From positions 51,648,001 through 51,712,000 of the forward strand of contig NC_086108.1 of assembly GCF_963921235.1 (NCBI RefSeq): a DNA stretch of 64,000 bases. The letters run 5' to 3'. Both the position numbers and the translations under genes were made by a program. Positions 24,361 to 37,156 of this stretch are shown here, in pieces. Numbering within the stretch: position 1 is the first letter of the stretch; each line of letters opens with the position of its first letter. Under the pieces are notes generated by a model that worked only from the letters and a program-made list of their open reading frames with translations, was not told the origin of the DNA and did not search any database. Source of the stretch: Mobula hypostoma. Lineage: Eukaryota.

Positions 24361-25137
24361 ACCTAGAAACTCTTCAGAAAGAAAGAGACTTATGATGCAA
24401 AGTTATGAATTTTTTCTACATTATTAACACAAATTTTATTTGCTCTGGTGCAAGATATAATTCAGATCCAAAGGCTGTCCCCTCAGATGAACCCTTGGAA
24501 ATTTTGCCTCTCAATACCATGACAGATTAGATGGTGATATTAATGGAAAGAAAATACAATTGACTAATTCTTTAGTTGACTAAAATAAAGCAAGGGGATT
24601 TTATAGAGGAACAGATAATCCATCAGTTTCTTTCCCTTTCATCCAAAAATGTGTTGACTTCAACTCAGGAATTCAAAGATTCTGAACAGGATCTTGATTG
24701 CATGATAACGAACACAAACCATCAGTCATCTGTCACCCAGGCCACACTACAGGCCGCACTACAGCATCTCACACAAGAAAAACACCAACAGTAGCAGTGT
24801 CTGAGAAATGTCAGAATGCTAAGTATATTGTTGGCTTTTGTAGCATTTCTGGTTTATAATAATTGCCTTACTATCAGTGACAATTTGTAAACAATACAGT
24901 CTTTCATGTAGCAAACCAAGTGAGGACGAACTTTTCATATTTGTGAACTTTATCAAAAAATCTATTAAAATGTCAATAAAAATAACATTTTAAACTGACG
25001 TTAATACATTCTTATCAAATCATAAGCTTCCCTAGGCCATTAATTATGCAGGAGGTGAAAAGGAACTGTGAATGCTATACTAATCGGAGATTCCAACAAT
25101 GTAAGCACTTTGTACATAAAAATATGTCACTGCACAA

Positions 25138-25226
25138 TGAGGTCTCGGCCTGAAACGTCGACTGTACCTCTTCCTAGAGATGCTGCCTGGCCTGCTGCGT
25201 TCACCAGCAACTTTGATGTGTGTTGA
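25138..25226 (+). mobile_element. Penelope pseudo-LTR terminal fragment (3' half of a hammerhead)
   Basis: ggtctcggcctgaaacgtcgactgtacc...gatgctgcctggcctgctgcgttcaccagca, same family as 43993-44207 and 53801-54014. Confidence 0.75.
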
Positions 25227-26379
25227 GGAAAAAAAGGTTTCTTTCCACTAAGATATTGTCAGTTCCAGCTCTAAACTAACCTTTTCTGCAGTACAATTCT
25301 CAACTCTACCCATGTTTTTTCAAAGCTCAGCTTCTTATGACCAACTTCTGTGTTCCTAAGTCCTATTTCACTGAATATTTGACAACAATACCTCTTTTGC
25401 TGAAGATATGTTAACTGATAGCTCTTTCTCTCTTTCTACAGTCATACCCTACCGAAAAACCAGTTGTGATCATCTCTGTTCCTTGCAAACTGCCACATCA
25501 TTCCAACTCCTCTTTCTGCTTTCAAGTCTTGTAAGCCTATCTTTCCTGGAGCTCTTGGCACAAAACCCTCCAATCAGGTTATTAGCTTTTCCTCTTTTTC
25601 AAAACAACTACCACCAAAGTCATGAATGACATCTAAATTGATTGCAGTGAAGGTTTTCCATCCCAGTTTGTCATCCCCAGTTTGCATACTTAGCTATAAC
25701 TGACTACTTGATCCTTCTCCAATAACTCTTCACATCATCTGGCCATGTACAACTATAATCATCTGTTATATTTTATTATTTCTACCCATGTCTATAATAA
25801 TAACTCTCGTCACTTCCCAAGGATTTATTCATGTACCCATTTCTCATCTGTGTGCTGCTTCTCGAAGCATCATTCAAACAACACAAAACCAGTCCATGCC
25901 TGCATGCAGCTTGACCCTGAAGACTTCAGAACATCTGGAGCAGTTCAAGAAGACAGTTCACAAACACTTTCCGAGGGCAAATAAGTGTTGACCTTCCTGA
26001 CCATGCACAGATCCTGAAAATGAACTTTAAACAAAGCTATATGACATACAATAATGACACCTAGTTCTGTTTTAACTCTCCTGACCTGTGTCCTTAAATT
26101 GCCAACCTGCTTGTTGAGTAAATGTGTTGGATGAGCAGAAATTTCCTTCTACCAAAGATAAGAGACATTGTCATTAACCCCATCGGAAACTTAATTTTTC
26201 AGACACCTAATCCATTCCTTCTCTGTGCATTGGTCCAAACCAGACCAATTGCAGCCTTGGTTTCATATACAATCCAAAGACAATCTTCAAGTCAGACTCA
26301 TGTCTGCTCTAAGATCACATACTTGCACCAAGCACAGCGTTCGCTCCTTCCTTGTCCATGTTGTTGCCAAAACACAGGT

Positions 26380-26620
26380 GCTTTTCTAGATCAAATCTTT
26401 ATAATCCTACTCATATTCTTAGTTAATCTTCTTTGCTCTATCTCACAAAAATGTATCCTTCAAAGCATTGCTGCCTACATCCAAAGTTCCATCGAGATCT
26501 ACTCACTCATCACCCTTTTGTTTATTGACCTATATCAGTCCCCAGATAACATTGTATGAACTTTAAATTTCTCACCCTTGTTTTTAAACATCCTCATGGT
26601 CTCTTTTTTTTCTCATCTTC
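26380..26620 (+). mobile_element. Ancient L2 LINE 3' fragment
   Basis: Remnant of L2-type motifs (QSIAAYI...LIT...DL...FKFLTLVFK.HG). Confidence 0.4.
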
Positions 26621-27129
26621 ATCCACAAGATTATTCTTGCTAAATTGTTTACTGAAATAACAGGTTTGGCTTCTTTTTCTTATCTGGAATTTGTTCAGAA
26701 TATATATCATGCATATTTCCACACTTTCAAATTAACTTTTACTAATTTTCAACTTAGATTTTCACTTCTTTGAATAAACATTATTTGGGTTTTACATCTT
26801 TAAATAATATTCTGCGTTCACCTTATCCACGTAAATGTATACATAAATATAACTTTGTAAAATTTCCTGCATCTTACATCTCTTATGAATTCACATTAAT
26901 TTCCTACATTTTAAAAAAATTACCTATCACCTTTATAATTGTGATCACATCTGCACCTCCATATTTTAATCTATACATTTGACATTTGGCTGTCTGCATT
27001 AATATAAAGCATATTAAAATTTGAACAGAACACTTTCAAGCCACATAAAAGTTATATTCTATTGGTATGGTTGCGTTAGATATACATTCCACCGTTTGGT
27101 TTATGCTTTCAACTAATTCTCTGAGAAAA

Positions 27130-29198
27130 AGGACCATAAACCAGCAGGGGATAGGTGCAACCAAGTACGCAGTAAAGTTGGTGGGTGAGAGGGAATGAAG
27201 TAAGAAGCTGAGAGGTGATAGTTGGGAGAGGTATAGAGCAGAAGAGGGAGGAATCTCATCAAGGAGGACCGGGAACCATGGGAGAAAAGAGAAGGAGGAT
27301 GGGCATCGGAGGGAGGTGATCGACAGGTGAGGAGAAGAGAAGAACCAGAATAGGGAATAGAAAAAGAGAGAAAGGGAAGGGAGAAATAATTACTGAAAGT
27401 TTGAGAAAATGATGTTGGAATCTAACCAGATGCAATATGAGATACTGCTCCTCCTACCTGAGTTTGGCCTCGTTGCAGCAGTAGAAGATGCCATGGCCGG
27501 ACCTGTCAGAATGGGAATGGGAAGTTGAACTGACATGGGTAGCCATTGGGAGATTCTTCCTTCTATGGTGGACAAAGCGAAGGTGCTTGATGAAGCAGTC
27601 CCTCAATCTGTGTCGGGTCTCACCAATGTAAAAGAGGCCTCACCAGGAGCACCAGATACAATAAACGACCCCAACAGACTGACAGGTGATGTGTTGCCTC
27701 TCCTGGAAGGATAGCTTGTGGTCCTGAACGGTGGTGAGGGAGGGGGTGTAAGGGCGGGTGTACACTTGTCATGTTCGCAGGGATGAGTAGACAAAGAAAT
27801 CCCATGGAGAGTGATCCTTATGGAAATCAGAGAGTTGGGGGGAGGGTTAAGGGATAGATGTGCTTAGTGATAGGAGCCCGCAAACGTTACAGAGAATTCT
27901 GTACTTGATACAGAGGTTCATGATGTGGACAAGGGGAATCCAATCCCCGTTATGATGGCAGGAGTTTGGGGTGAGGGCAGGTGCGTAGGAAATGGAGGAG
28001 ATGCGGGTGAAAGCGACATTAGTGGTGGTAGAAGGGAAACCAGCTTACTTGAATAAAAAGACATCTAAGATGTTCTAGAATGGAAAGCCTAATGCTAAGA
28101 ACAGATGCAACAGAAACAAAAGAATTGAGAGAAGGGAATAGCAGTTTTACAAGTGACAGGGAGAGAAGAAGTATAGTCAAAGTAACTGTGAGAGTCAGCA
28201 TGAAGACGGAGAGATTGAGAAAGGGGAGAGAAGAGTAAGTAGGTTTGAAGGGAGGGTGGAAGTTGGAGGCAAGGTTGATTAAACTGATGAGTTCAGCTTT
28301 GGTGCAGGAAGCATCACCAACGCAGTTGTCAATGTAGCAGAGAAATATTTGGGAAGCTTTACAAGTGCAGGCTCGGAACATGGACTGTTCCACATAGCTG
28401 ACAAGAAGGCAGGTACAGCTGGGTTCATGTGAGCTTGCATGGCTACAGCTTTGTTTTGGAAAAGGTGGTATGAGCAAAAGAGAAATTTTTGAGAGTGAGG
28501 ACCAGTTCTGCTAGACGGAGGAGTGTGATGGTGGAGATCTGCTGTCCAGAAAGACACAGAGAAATTTAAGCCCTTTCTGATGGGGGATGAAAATGTCTAG
28601 GGACTGAGCATCCATAGTGAAAATAAGGTGATCAGGACCACGGAACTGAAAGGGATTGAGGTGACAATAGGCATGTAAAGTATCACAGATGTAGGTAGGA
28701 AGGGATTAAGGCAATGAAGACAAAACGGAGTCAAGGTATGCCTACATGAGTTCGGTAAGACAAGAGCAGGCAGAAACAATGGGCCAACCAGGATAAATAA
28801 GTTTGTGGGTCTTGGTTAGGAGGTAGGAAGGAGCAGCGCAGGGTATGGAAACTATGAGGTTAGTGACTGTGGAAGGGAGGTCTCCAGAGTCGATGATGTT
28901 GATGATAGTGCTGGAGACAATTGCTTCTTAGTCATGTCCTGTTCAAGGAGTTAGTAAGAGGAGGTGTCTGAGAGCTGCCATCTAGGCCCAGCAAAGTAGA
29001 GGTTGGACAACCAGATTATATCAGCTGCCTTCTCCTTACCTGGTCTCACATATCACTTGCCAGCTTGTATTCCTTCCCTCCCACCACCTTATGCTTCCTT
29101 TCTTTCCTGTTCTGACGAAGAGCCTCAGCCCAAAACGTTCACTATTTATTTCTTTTCATAAATGATTTTCTGATTTTCCCCAGCATTTCATGTGTGTT
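27130..29198 (-). mobile_element. Penelope/Poseidon element remnant with inverted pseudo-LTR (29030-29198, + strand)
   Basis: Minus-strand RT (CLLVSYVEQSMF, FLCYIDNCVG) and GIY-YIG (RGNTSPVSLLGSFIVSGAP region). The inverted terminal copy carries ctgacgaag...caaaacgtt. Confidence 0.8.
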
Positions 29199-29324
29199 AA
29201 TAGCACATGTTAATATTGTGTTAATGGCACACATGTTAATGGCTCAGTCAGATATGGAAGATAAGGCAGTAAAATCTGCTCATGTAAATTGATATTTAGG
29301 AGTCACTTAATCACCAACCATATC

Positions 29325-29885
29325 GATGGAATCGGATGCATGTCAGCTCTGACAGGGTTTGCAGGTCATTACGGCTTACATCATAAATGGCTGTTAAGTT
29401 TCACTCCCACATGAGCTCAACACCTTTTATGCTCACTTTGAAACGGAGAGTAAAACTACATCTATGCATCTTGTGACCAAGATCTCTGTCTTGGTCGCTG
29501 ACATCAGAACGTCTTTCAAGAGCCTCACCGGCATTCAGGAAACCTTCAAAAGGCAATATTTCAAAAAGATGGTATCCATCACTAAGGACCCCCATCACCA
29601 AGGGTATGCCCTCTTCTCATTGTTACCGTCAAGGAGGAGGTACAGGAGCATGAAGACACACTCAATGTTTCTTCCCATCCACCATCAGACTTCTGAATGG
29701 ACAATGAACCCATGAACACTTCCTTAGTATTTATTCCCTCTTTTTGCACTACTTAGTTAGGTTTTTTTTAATATAAACTTCTTACTGTAATTTATAGTTT
29801 TATATTATTATATATTGCAATATACTGCTGCCACAAAACAACAAATTTCACAATATATGCCTGTGATATTGACCTGATTCTGATG
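29325..29885 (+). mobile_element. Rex1-like internally deleted LINE
   Basis: SITKDPHHQGYALFSLLPSRRRYRS; 3' end gatattgacctgattctga. Confidence 0.8.
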
Positions 29886-30337
29886 TTTTTGGCACTTAAG
29901 GATCCATCTAGGAAATGATTTAGTAGATTAATGTAGGTTACTATATGGTATAGTGGCTACTCATTTCTGGTAAAAGATTTGAAGGCAGGGTTTGGGGAGT
30001 TGAGAAAACAATAACAATGCTTGCTTAATAGCTACTTAATAGCACAGAAAAACAATGACACACTATCTGAAAACCTTTTCATGGAGAATGACTTCACATT
30101 ATCTTTCGAGAGAGAAACAAAAGTTCAAATCGTCAGCAAGTATAAACAATTTAATAAAAAGGTCCATAGACTGTGTATCAGGTGGTTTCTTTCACTAGCA
30201 AAACAACTTCATAATCACCAGTGAAATACTTTTTACAGGAATATGATGTACGAAACTTCTAGTCCAATTTTGCATCACTGACATTGCAAACAGCTCCAAA
30301 GGAGCTATTGTCCCTGCTTCCTTTGCAAAATGTTAAA

Positions 30338-30630
30338 GGCATCCATTAGTCTTGCTAGACCATGGATCTGCGCCTGGAAAGTCTTCACTCTCCAGGGCGC
30401 AGGCCTGGGCAAGGTTGTACGGAAGACCGGCCATTGCCCATGCTGCAAGTATCCCCTCTCCAGGACACCAATGTTGTCCAAGGGAAGGGCAAGGGCCGAT
30501 ACAGCTTGGCACCAGTGTCATTGCAGAGCACCATGTGGTTAAGTGCCTTGCTCAACACGTTGCCTCGGCTGGGGCTCGAACTCACGATCTTCAGATCACT
30601 AGTCGAATGCCTTAACCATTTGACCACTTG
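30338..30630 (-). mobile_element. tRNA-derived SINE, family A copy 2
   Basis: Reverse complement of the same family as 50977-51281. Confidence 0.85.
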
Positions 30631-30988
30631 GATACATTTTATTATTTAAGAACTCTGTCATATTAGGAATAGATATTATTTATTCCATCTGAATAAGCAT
30701 TCTGAATAATCCAAATCTGCAATCGTCATCAAATCTCATTTTAATCTTCTTTGTTACAAGGAGAACAATCCAATATCAACCTCAAATTATCTCCAGAACT
30801 CTTTGCAATATCGATCTATTCCTACTCTTCTTCAATGTTCAATATGTAAAGAAATGCATCCTGTCATCAGTCCTCAACTATACATTAACTAAACAGAAAA
30901 TGAAAGTCAATGAGACAATGGGATTTAAATGGGTTGAAAATGAAATATTTTGAATACATATTTTGTCAGAGGCACTATCTGTAATACA

Positions 30989-31176
30989 GGTTCATCACAC
31001 ATATGTACAGATGCAGCCATTCAGCATGTTAGATTTTCATCAGCAATGATCATGGCAAACTCATCGATGAATTTCTCTGCAGCTTTGTGTTCAGCAGAAA
31101 CTTTATCACCACAAACCTTTAAAAATTTAATGCCATGCCTTTCCTTTAATTTCTGCAACCAACCTGTTGAATATTC
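30989..31176 (-). mobile_element. Inverted partial copy of the same Tigger-like element
   Basis: Reverse complement aligns with 31543-31728. Confidence 0.75.
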
Positions 31177-31189
31177 TCAATATTCACAA

Positions 31190-31884
31190 TGGATATCCCT
31201 TTATCCGAAATTCCAAAATCCGAAAAACTCCAAATCTGATATTTTTTTGAGTGCTGAAATGACATCATAAATAGTTAATTCCACAAGGTACTGGGAAGAT
31301 TCTCAGGTGATGTGCGGGTCTCTACACACCACAGACGCTCCTGAGAAGTGACCTCATGTAGGTAATAAACAGAAGTTAATGAAAATTTTTTAAAACACTG
31401 CATGAAGTGAAAATGAAGAACTTGATCGTGTATTGAAAGTTTAGATTTGTCAGCGTCAGAGTGAGCATTTGATGCTTAACGGTGTGATGATCATGAAGCA
31501 AGCAAAAATCCACCACAATGAACTGAAATTGAAGGTAATTTTGAATGTTCAGCAGGCTGTTGCAGAAATTTAAGAAAAGGCACGGCATTAAATTTTTAAA
31601 GATTTACAGTATAAAGTGTCTGCTAATCATGAAGCAGTAGAGAAATTCACTGATGGGTTTGTCAAGATCATTGCTGATGAAAAACTAACACATTGAATGA
31701 CAGCATCAGTATATATGTGTGTGATGAACAAGTATAAGACAAAGACTGCTTATCTGTTGCATATAAATTCAGTCAGGAATGATGACGATCCCAAGCTATC
31801 TCATTATATTTTCCAACATCCTAAAGGATCTGAAATCCAAACATTTCCAGCCCCAAACATTTCGAATAGGGTATACTCAACCTA
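31190..31884 (+). mobile_element. Tigger/pogo-like non-autonomous DNA transposon
   Basis: Termini tatcccttt(t)atccgaaa / tttcgaatagggtatactcaacct (Tigger4/MER46-like); CENP-B-like HTH remnant LQKFKKRHGIKFLK. Confidence 0.75.
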
Positions 31885-32239
31885 TATTTGCATCCCACAT
31901 ATTTCAGGAAAGATTAAATGGGCATAAAGTAGATGGAACTGGTTTTAGAGAGATCAAAGAGTGCATAACAAATCCCCAAATGTCAGATGTCAGAGCTCTG
32001 GGAATAGCGAGGGCAGCAAAAACTGTAAAACCAGTATGACATTTTGTGGTTAACAGGCTAACGTAACATTGTTAAAAGAACTGTGATAACAGAATGCATA
32101 ACAGACCTATCTTATTTTGGAAAAAACATAAAAGCAACAGCAAGGTGTATTCCTCAGACTTCCTTAAACACTGACAGAAGGAACAATGTGACTTGGCTGT
32201 AGTTCTAATCTGGCTACAGTAACACCGTTACATTTAAGG

Positions 32240-33050
32240 TTAGATTAGATTCAACTTTATTGTCTTTGTGCCAAGTACAGATACAAAGCCAATGAAATGC
32301 AGTTAGCATCTGACCAGAAATGCAAAGAATAGTGTTATTTACAAAATAACTGCGAATAAAAAGTGCTATAGCACACAAATATATAAGTACTGAGACAGTA
32401 CAATATGGGTGCAATACTGCTTAGCGCTGTGATGTGAGGTTCAGCAGTGTCACAGCCTCAGTGAAGAAGCTCTTCCTGTGCCTGCTGGTGTGGGAGCGGA
32501 GGCTCCTGTAGCGCCTACCAGATGGGAGGAGAGTAAAAAGTCCATGTTTAGGGTGAGATGCATCCTTGATAATGCTTTTCGCCCTGCCCAGGCAGCGCTT
32601 ATGGTAGATGTTCTCAATGGTGGGCAATTGGGTGCCAATAATCCATTGGGCAGTTTTCACCACACCGTGGAGTGCTTTGCAGTGCAATACGGGACAATTG
32701 CCATACCACACTGAGATGCAGCTGGTGAGTATGCTCTCAATGGTACAGCGGTAAAAGTCCATCAGAGATGAGCTTTCTTGATGCTCCGCAGGAAATAAAG
32801 GCACTGTTGCGCCTTTTTGACCAGGATGGAGGAGCTCAGGGACCAGGTGAGATCCTCGGAAACATGGACACCAGGGAATTTGAAGCTTGATACACACTCT
32901 ACTACAGTTCCGTTGATGTAGATGGGGATGTGAGTGTGGCTCCTAGCATGCCTGAAGTCCACAATGATCTCCTTGGTCTTCTGGGTGTTAAGGGCCAGGT
33001 TGTTGTCGGCACATCACGCAGCCAGGTGCTGGACCTCATCCCTGTAGGCT
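32240..33050 (-). mobile_element. Rex1-like LINE 3' fragment
   Basis: FYRCTIESILTSCISVWYG...IIKDASHP...LLPSGRRYRS; (tctaa)n tail near 32240. Confidence 0.88.
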
Positions 33051-36000
33051 GTAGGTTATAAAGCAGGTAAGTTATCACACAAAAATCTTCAGCTTAAGCA
33101 TGTCTATAAATTCTAAATATTTACCCAATTCACAGCATTTTGGGAGGCACTTTTTTCCCTGCCCTGTTCATTGGCATTGACACAAATACACAATCTGAAT
33201 AAATTTTTCGAGGCGAAGCAGTTTCAATTTCCCTTTCTGATAAAATCCATTCAAAGTTGAGGCTGGCAGCACATTCCTCTCTGCTTACGTGTCTGTTGTC
33301 AATGCAGGTGTCAAACACAATGTGCCTTGTCATGTTAACATTTGGAGCGTGCAGGCGTAGTCAAACTAGGGAGGGTTGTGGTTGGAGCAAACGACTGAGC
33401 CTGCTGTTGGGAGTTGCTCTCAGGCCGGAAGAGTGGCTGAGATGGCAAGAAGCAGCAAAGAAGATGGAGATAACGAATAGGAGGTGGTATTGAGTGCTGG
33501 TTGTATGGAGGAAGAAGAATGGCTGGCTTCTGGGAAAGAGAACAATAAGTAGCTGATTAGGGTTTTGTTGAGATTTGAATTTGGACCTGTTTCTGATATC
33601 AATGCAATTATACTAACAAAGGATTCAAGGAAATCATTAGGAGCTATTGTGGATGCAAAACCTTTAAGAGATTGGGCACTCTTAGTATTTTATAAAGATC
33701 GTAAGCAAAGTGAGAAAGATTTGGGGTTAAAATCTGTGAGAGGAATAAAGGAATTATATTGAATGACAGCTGCTTAGCCTTGAAAAGTTTATTCAGATTG
33801 TGTATTTGTATCAATGCCAATGAACAGTGCGGAATAAAAAGTGCCTCCCAAGATGCTGTGAATTGGATAAATTGGGGAGTAATCTCTGGAGTGTCTCTAG
33901 AGGTATCCATGGACCAAGTTATAAATAATTTAGCCAGCGTTGATTAAATCTGATGGAAAAAAAATTTGCCAGAGAAGGTTAGTTTAGGTTATATGAGTTA
34001 TATGGTTTAAATATATGTTTTACTCCCTCTGAGATGTTTTCAATGCCAAAAGTTTGGCCTTGTAGCAGTTGTGTGTAAGCATAGAAAGAGGTGTGGTAGA
34101 TGTGGGGAAGAATATGATTTTGACAATTGTGGAGAAGTCATTAGGTTAAAATATAACAAGTGTGGAGGAAACATAGCTCTGCTTATGCAGGGTGTCCTGT
34201 ATGTAAGAAAGCTGTGGAAGTGCAGCGTGGGGGGAAATGGGCATATCATACGCAGAAGCTCAGCAGAAAGTGAAGGCAGTGTCAATGGGACCTATTAATA
34301 TCCAGAATAAGAAATATATTAAAGACACTGTATAAGGTGCATGATTGTATTAAAAAAGGTTTTGTTGATTGTTGATAAATGCAAGTTTGTCAATTTCATG
34401 GCAGATGTGGCAAATTGAACAGCAGAAATTAAAAGTAGGACAGAAAAAATAAAATTATATTAAAACTGCAGAAAAACATCTAGAGATAAGAGATTTAACT
34501 CTAGAAGCTACTAACAATGCCTTACAAGGAGGAGAAAATAATGCTCAGACTCTAAGGTGGGGGGGGTTGTTAATTTTTTTCGAATCCTACAATGGAATGC
34601 TGGAAGCCTGTTAGCTAATGATGAAGAATTTAAGAAACTTATTGAAGATTTACCAAATAAACCAGATGTTATATGTGTGCAGGATACCTGATTGAAATAG
34701 TATCTAAGCTTTAAGATACAAGGTTATGTTGATATAAGACGCAATTGGAAAATGGGTAATGTAGGGGGAGTGGCTACCTTTGTCAAAAATAGAATAGTAC
34801 ATGGAGTTATGGAAATTGCACTTTTTTATGAGTTAATTGTGGTTGAAATTTGGGGAAAGGATAGTAAAGTACAGACAATAATTTTTTTAACCCTTGTGAA
34901 AGGCTAACTTCTGAGATATTGGAAAAAGTGGGTGGAAATGAGAAAGATAAGGTTATATGGTGTGGGGATTTTAATGCTCATAGTATTACATGGGGTTGTA
35001 GTGATGCAAATGTCAGTGGGGTGGCAGTGAAGACTTCCTGGTAGAAAAGAGTTTGATGTGTTTGAATGACGCTAGAAGTACAAAGATAAATCTATTTAAC
35101 AACACTGTTTCTGCTGCAGGCCTTACATTGCTATCCAAAGATATAGCAAGGGTGTCTAACTGGGAAGTGTATAATGATACAACAGTGGGAAATGATCATT
35201 TCCTCATTATCTGCACAATGGGAATAGATGTGTATCAGAGGCAAGGTTCTCATATCCCTAGATGGAATATTAAAATGAAAAATTGGGATGTATCTGATGA
35301 TTTACGTGAAAGTAGGCTTCTGATCACTTGGTTTTGGAGGATATCGAGTTGAGTAGTAATACCTTGTGCTCTGTACTCAACTCAATAGCTAAGGAATCAA
35401 TTCCCAGATCATTGGGAGATAATGAAAGAAAAGCTGGTCCCTGGTGGACAGATGAAGTAAATGAACCGTGAAGGAGTGGAATAAATCTTTTAGGAAAGCT
35501 AGGCAGTGTCATACTTCTTCATCTTTCATACAATATGAAAGAGCTCAAGCTATAGTTAGAAAAGTAGTGAGAAGGGCAAAGACACTATTGGAGAACATAT
35601 TGTCATAGCTTTGGGAAAGAGATCCAGGTAGGGGAAGTTTGAGGTATGATACAAAAAATGAGGGCAATTATTAAACTTAATACAATACTGGTTTTGTATA
35701 GTGGGAAGAAGGTTGCAGTACTGACTGAAGAAACTACTAGCAAAATATATGTCAGTGTACATCGTTTGGTCAATTTAAGTAGAGAGGTCTTATGGCGTAG
35801 CAGTTTTGGCCAGCAATCCTCAGATTGCTGAGGAAAAAGAATGTTCCAGTTCCTGCTTGGATGCTGAATTTACATTGTCTGAACTTAAAAGTGTGATTAA
35901 TAGTGGTGGTCAAACATCACATGGGAAAGTTGATACTTGCTATAATATGTTTATACAGTTACTGGTTTCGAAATTCTTGAATACAATATGGGTTGAAGGG

Positions 36001-37156
36001 CGATTTCCTGCTTCCTGGAAATTAGTGGTTGTTATCCCTATATTGAAATATGGTAAGGATCAATCAGATCCTTATAGTTATAGACCTATTTCGCTAACTA
36101 CACATGCCTGTAAGATAGTGGAATGAACGATTATAGCAAGGTTTTTTTTTATTTTGTGCAAGTAGTGGAAAATTAGCTGTATACCAATCTGGATCTCATA
36201 AAGGGAAAATGAACATGGACTCAGTGTTAAGTTTGCAATCTGATATTGGTAAGGCCCAAGTTAAAGCAGTTTTCTTTGATGCAGAGAAAGCTTATGATAT
36301 GTTATGGACACAAGGGTTGTTGCTTAAACTGAAAAACAATGGGAATAGGCTGTAGAATGTTCAATTAGATTCAATATTTTTAATGTGATAGGAAGATACA
36401 AGTTAGCATAGGAAGAATATTTTTAAAGACGTGAGATAGAGAAGGGGACTCCACAGGGAGGGCCTGAATTTCAGCATTACTGGTAGAAACGGGTGAAGTA
36501 CTTTTACATTTACACAAGTTGCAGTTAGCAGGGTTTATTGGGTTAGCATAAGAGGACATAAAGCTGGTCATCCAATATTGGCAACATTAGTAGAGTGCTG
36601 AGAGCAGTGTATCTGGAAGGTCTTCATTTTAGGGTGGATGGGAAATGAATGTGTACCCCTTTGTGTTGTTTCATAGTTTTTCCCTTTGCCTACGGTAGAT
36701 TTGGGCATTCAGGTAAAGATCAAGATGAGGAGCGATTGTATATCAGTGGCACAGCAAGTTCAGTAATCTATGCAAGGCAGATGAGGCTTTTTATATATCT
36801 ACACAGATGGTTCATAAGATCCAGTGACAGGTCATTCAGGAGTTTCTTTTTATGTTCCAAAGTTTCGGGTGACTATTAAGAAAAAATTATTGAATGAAGT
36901 CTCAGTATCCACATCTGAGATGGTTGCTATCACTTTAGCCTTGGATTGGGTCGAAGAAGTACGCCCTGATTACATACTTCTGTGCTCTGATTCGCTCTCG
37001 GTTTTAACATCTATTAAAATAGGTCAGCCATTCTTCTTGAAATTGTACAACATTTGTTGAGGCTGCAGGGTCTAGGCCTGTGAATACAATTCCTATGGGT
37101 CTCTGTCCATGTTGGTGTTGAAGGAAATGAGGTGGCAGACATTCTAGCCAATACTT

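Noticed and set aside
1..33300. NTMT2/METTL11B exons expected from synteny
   Set aside because: No methyltransferase-like translation was recognised.
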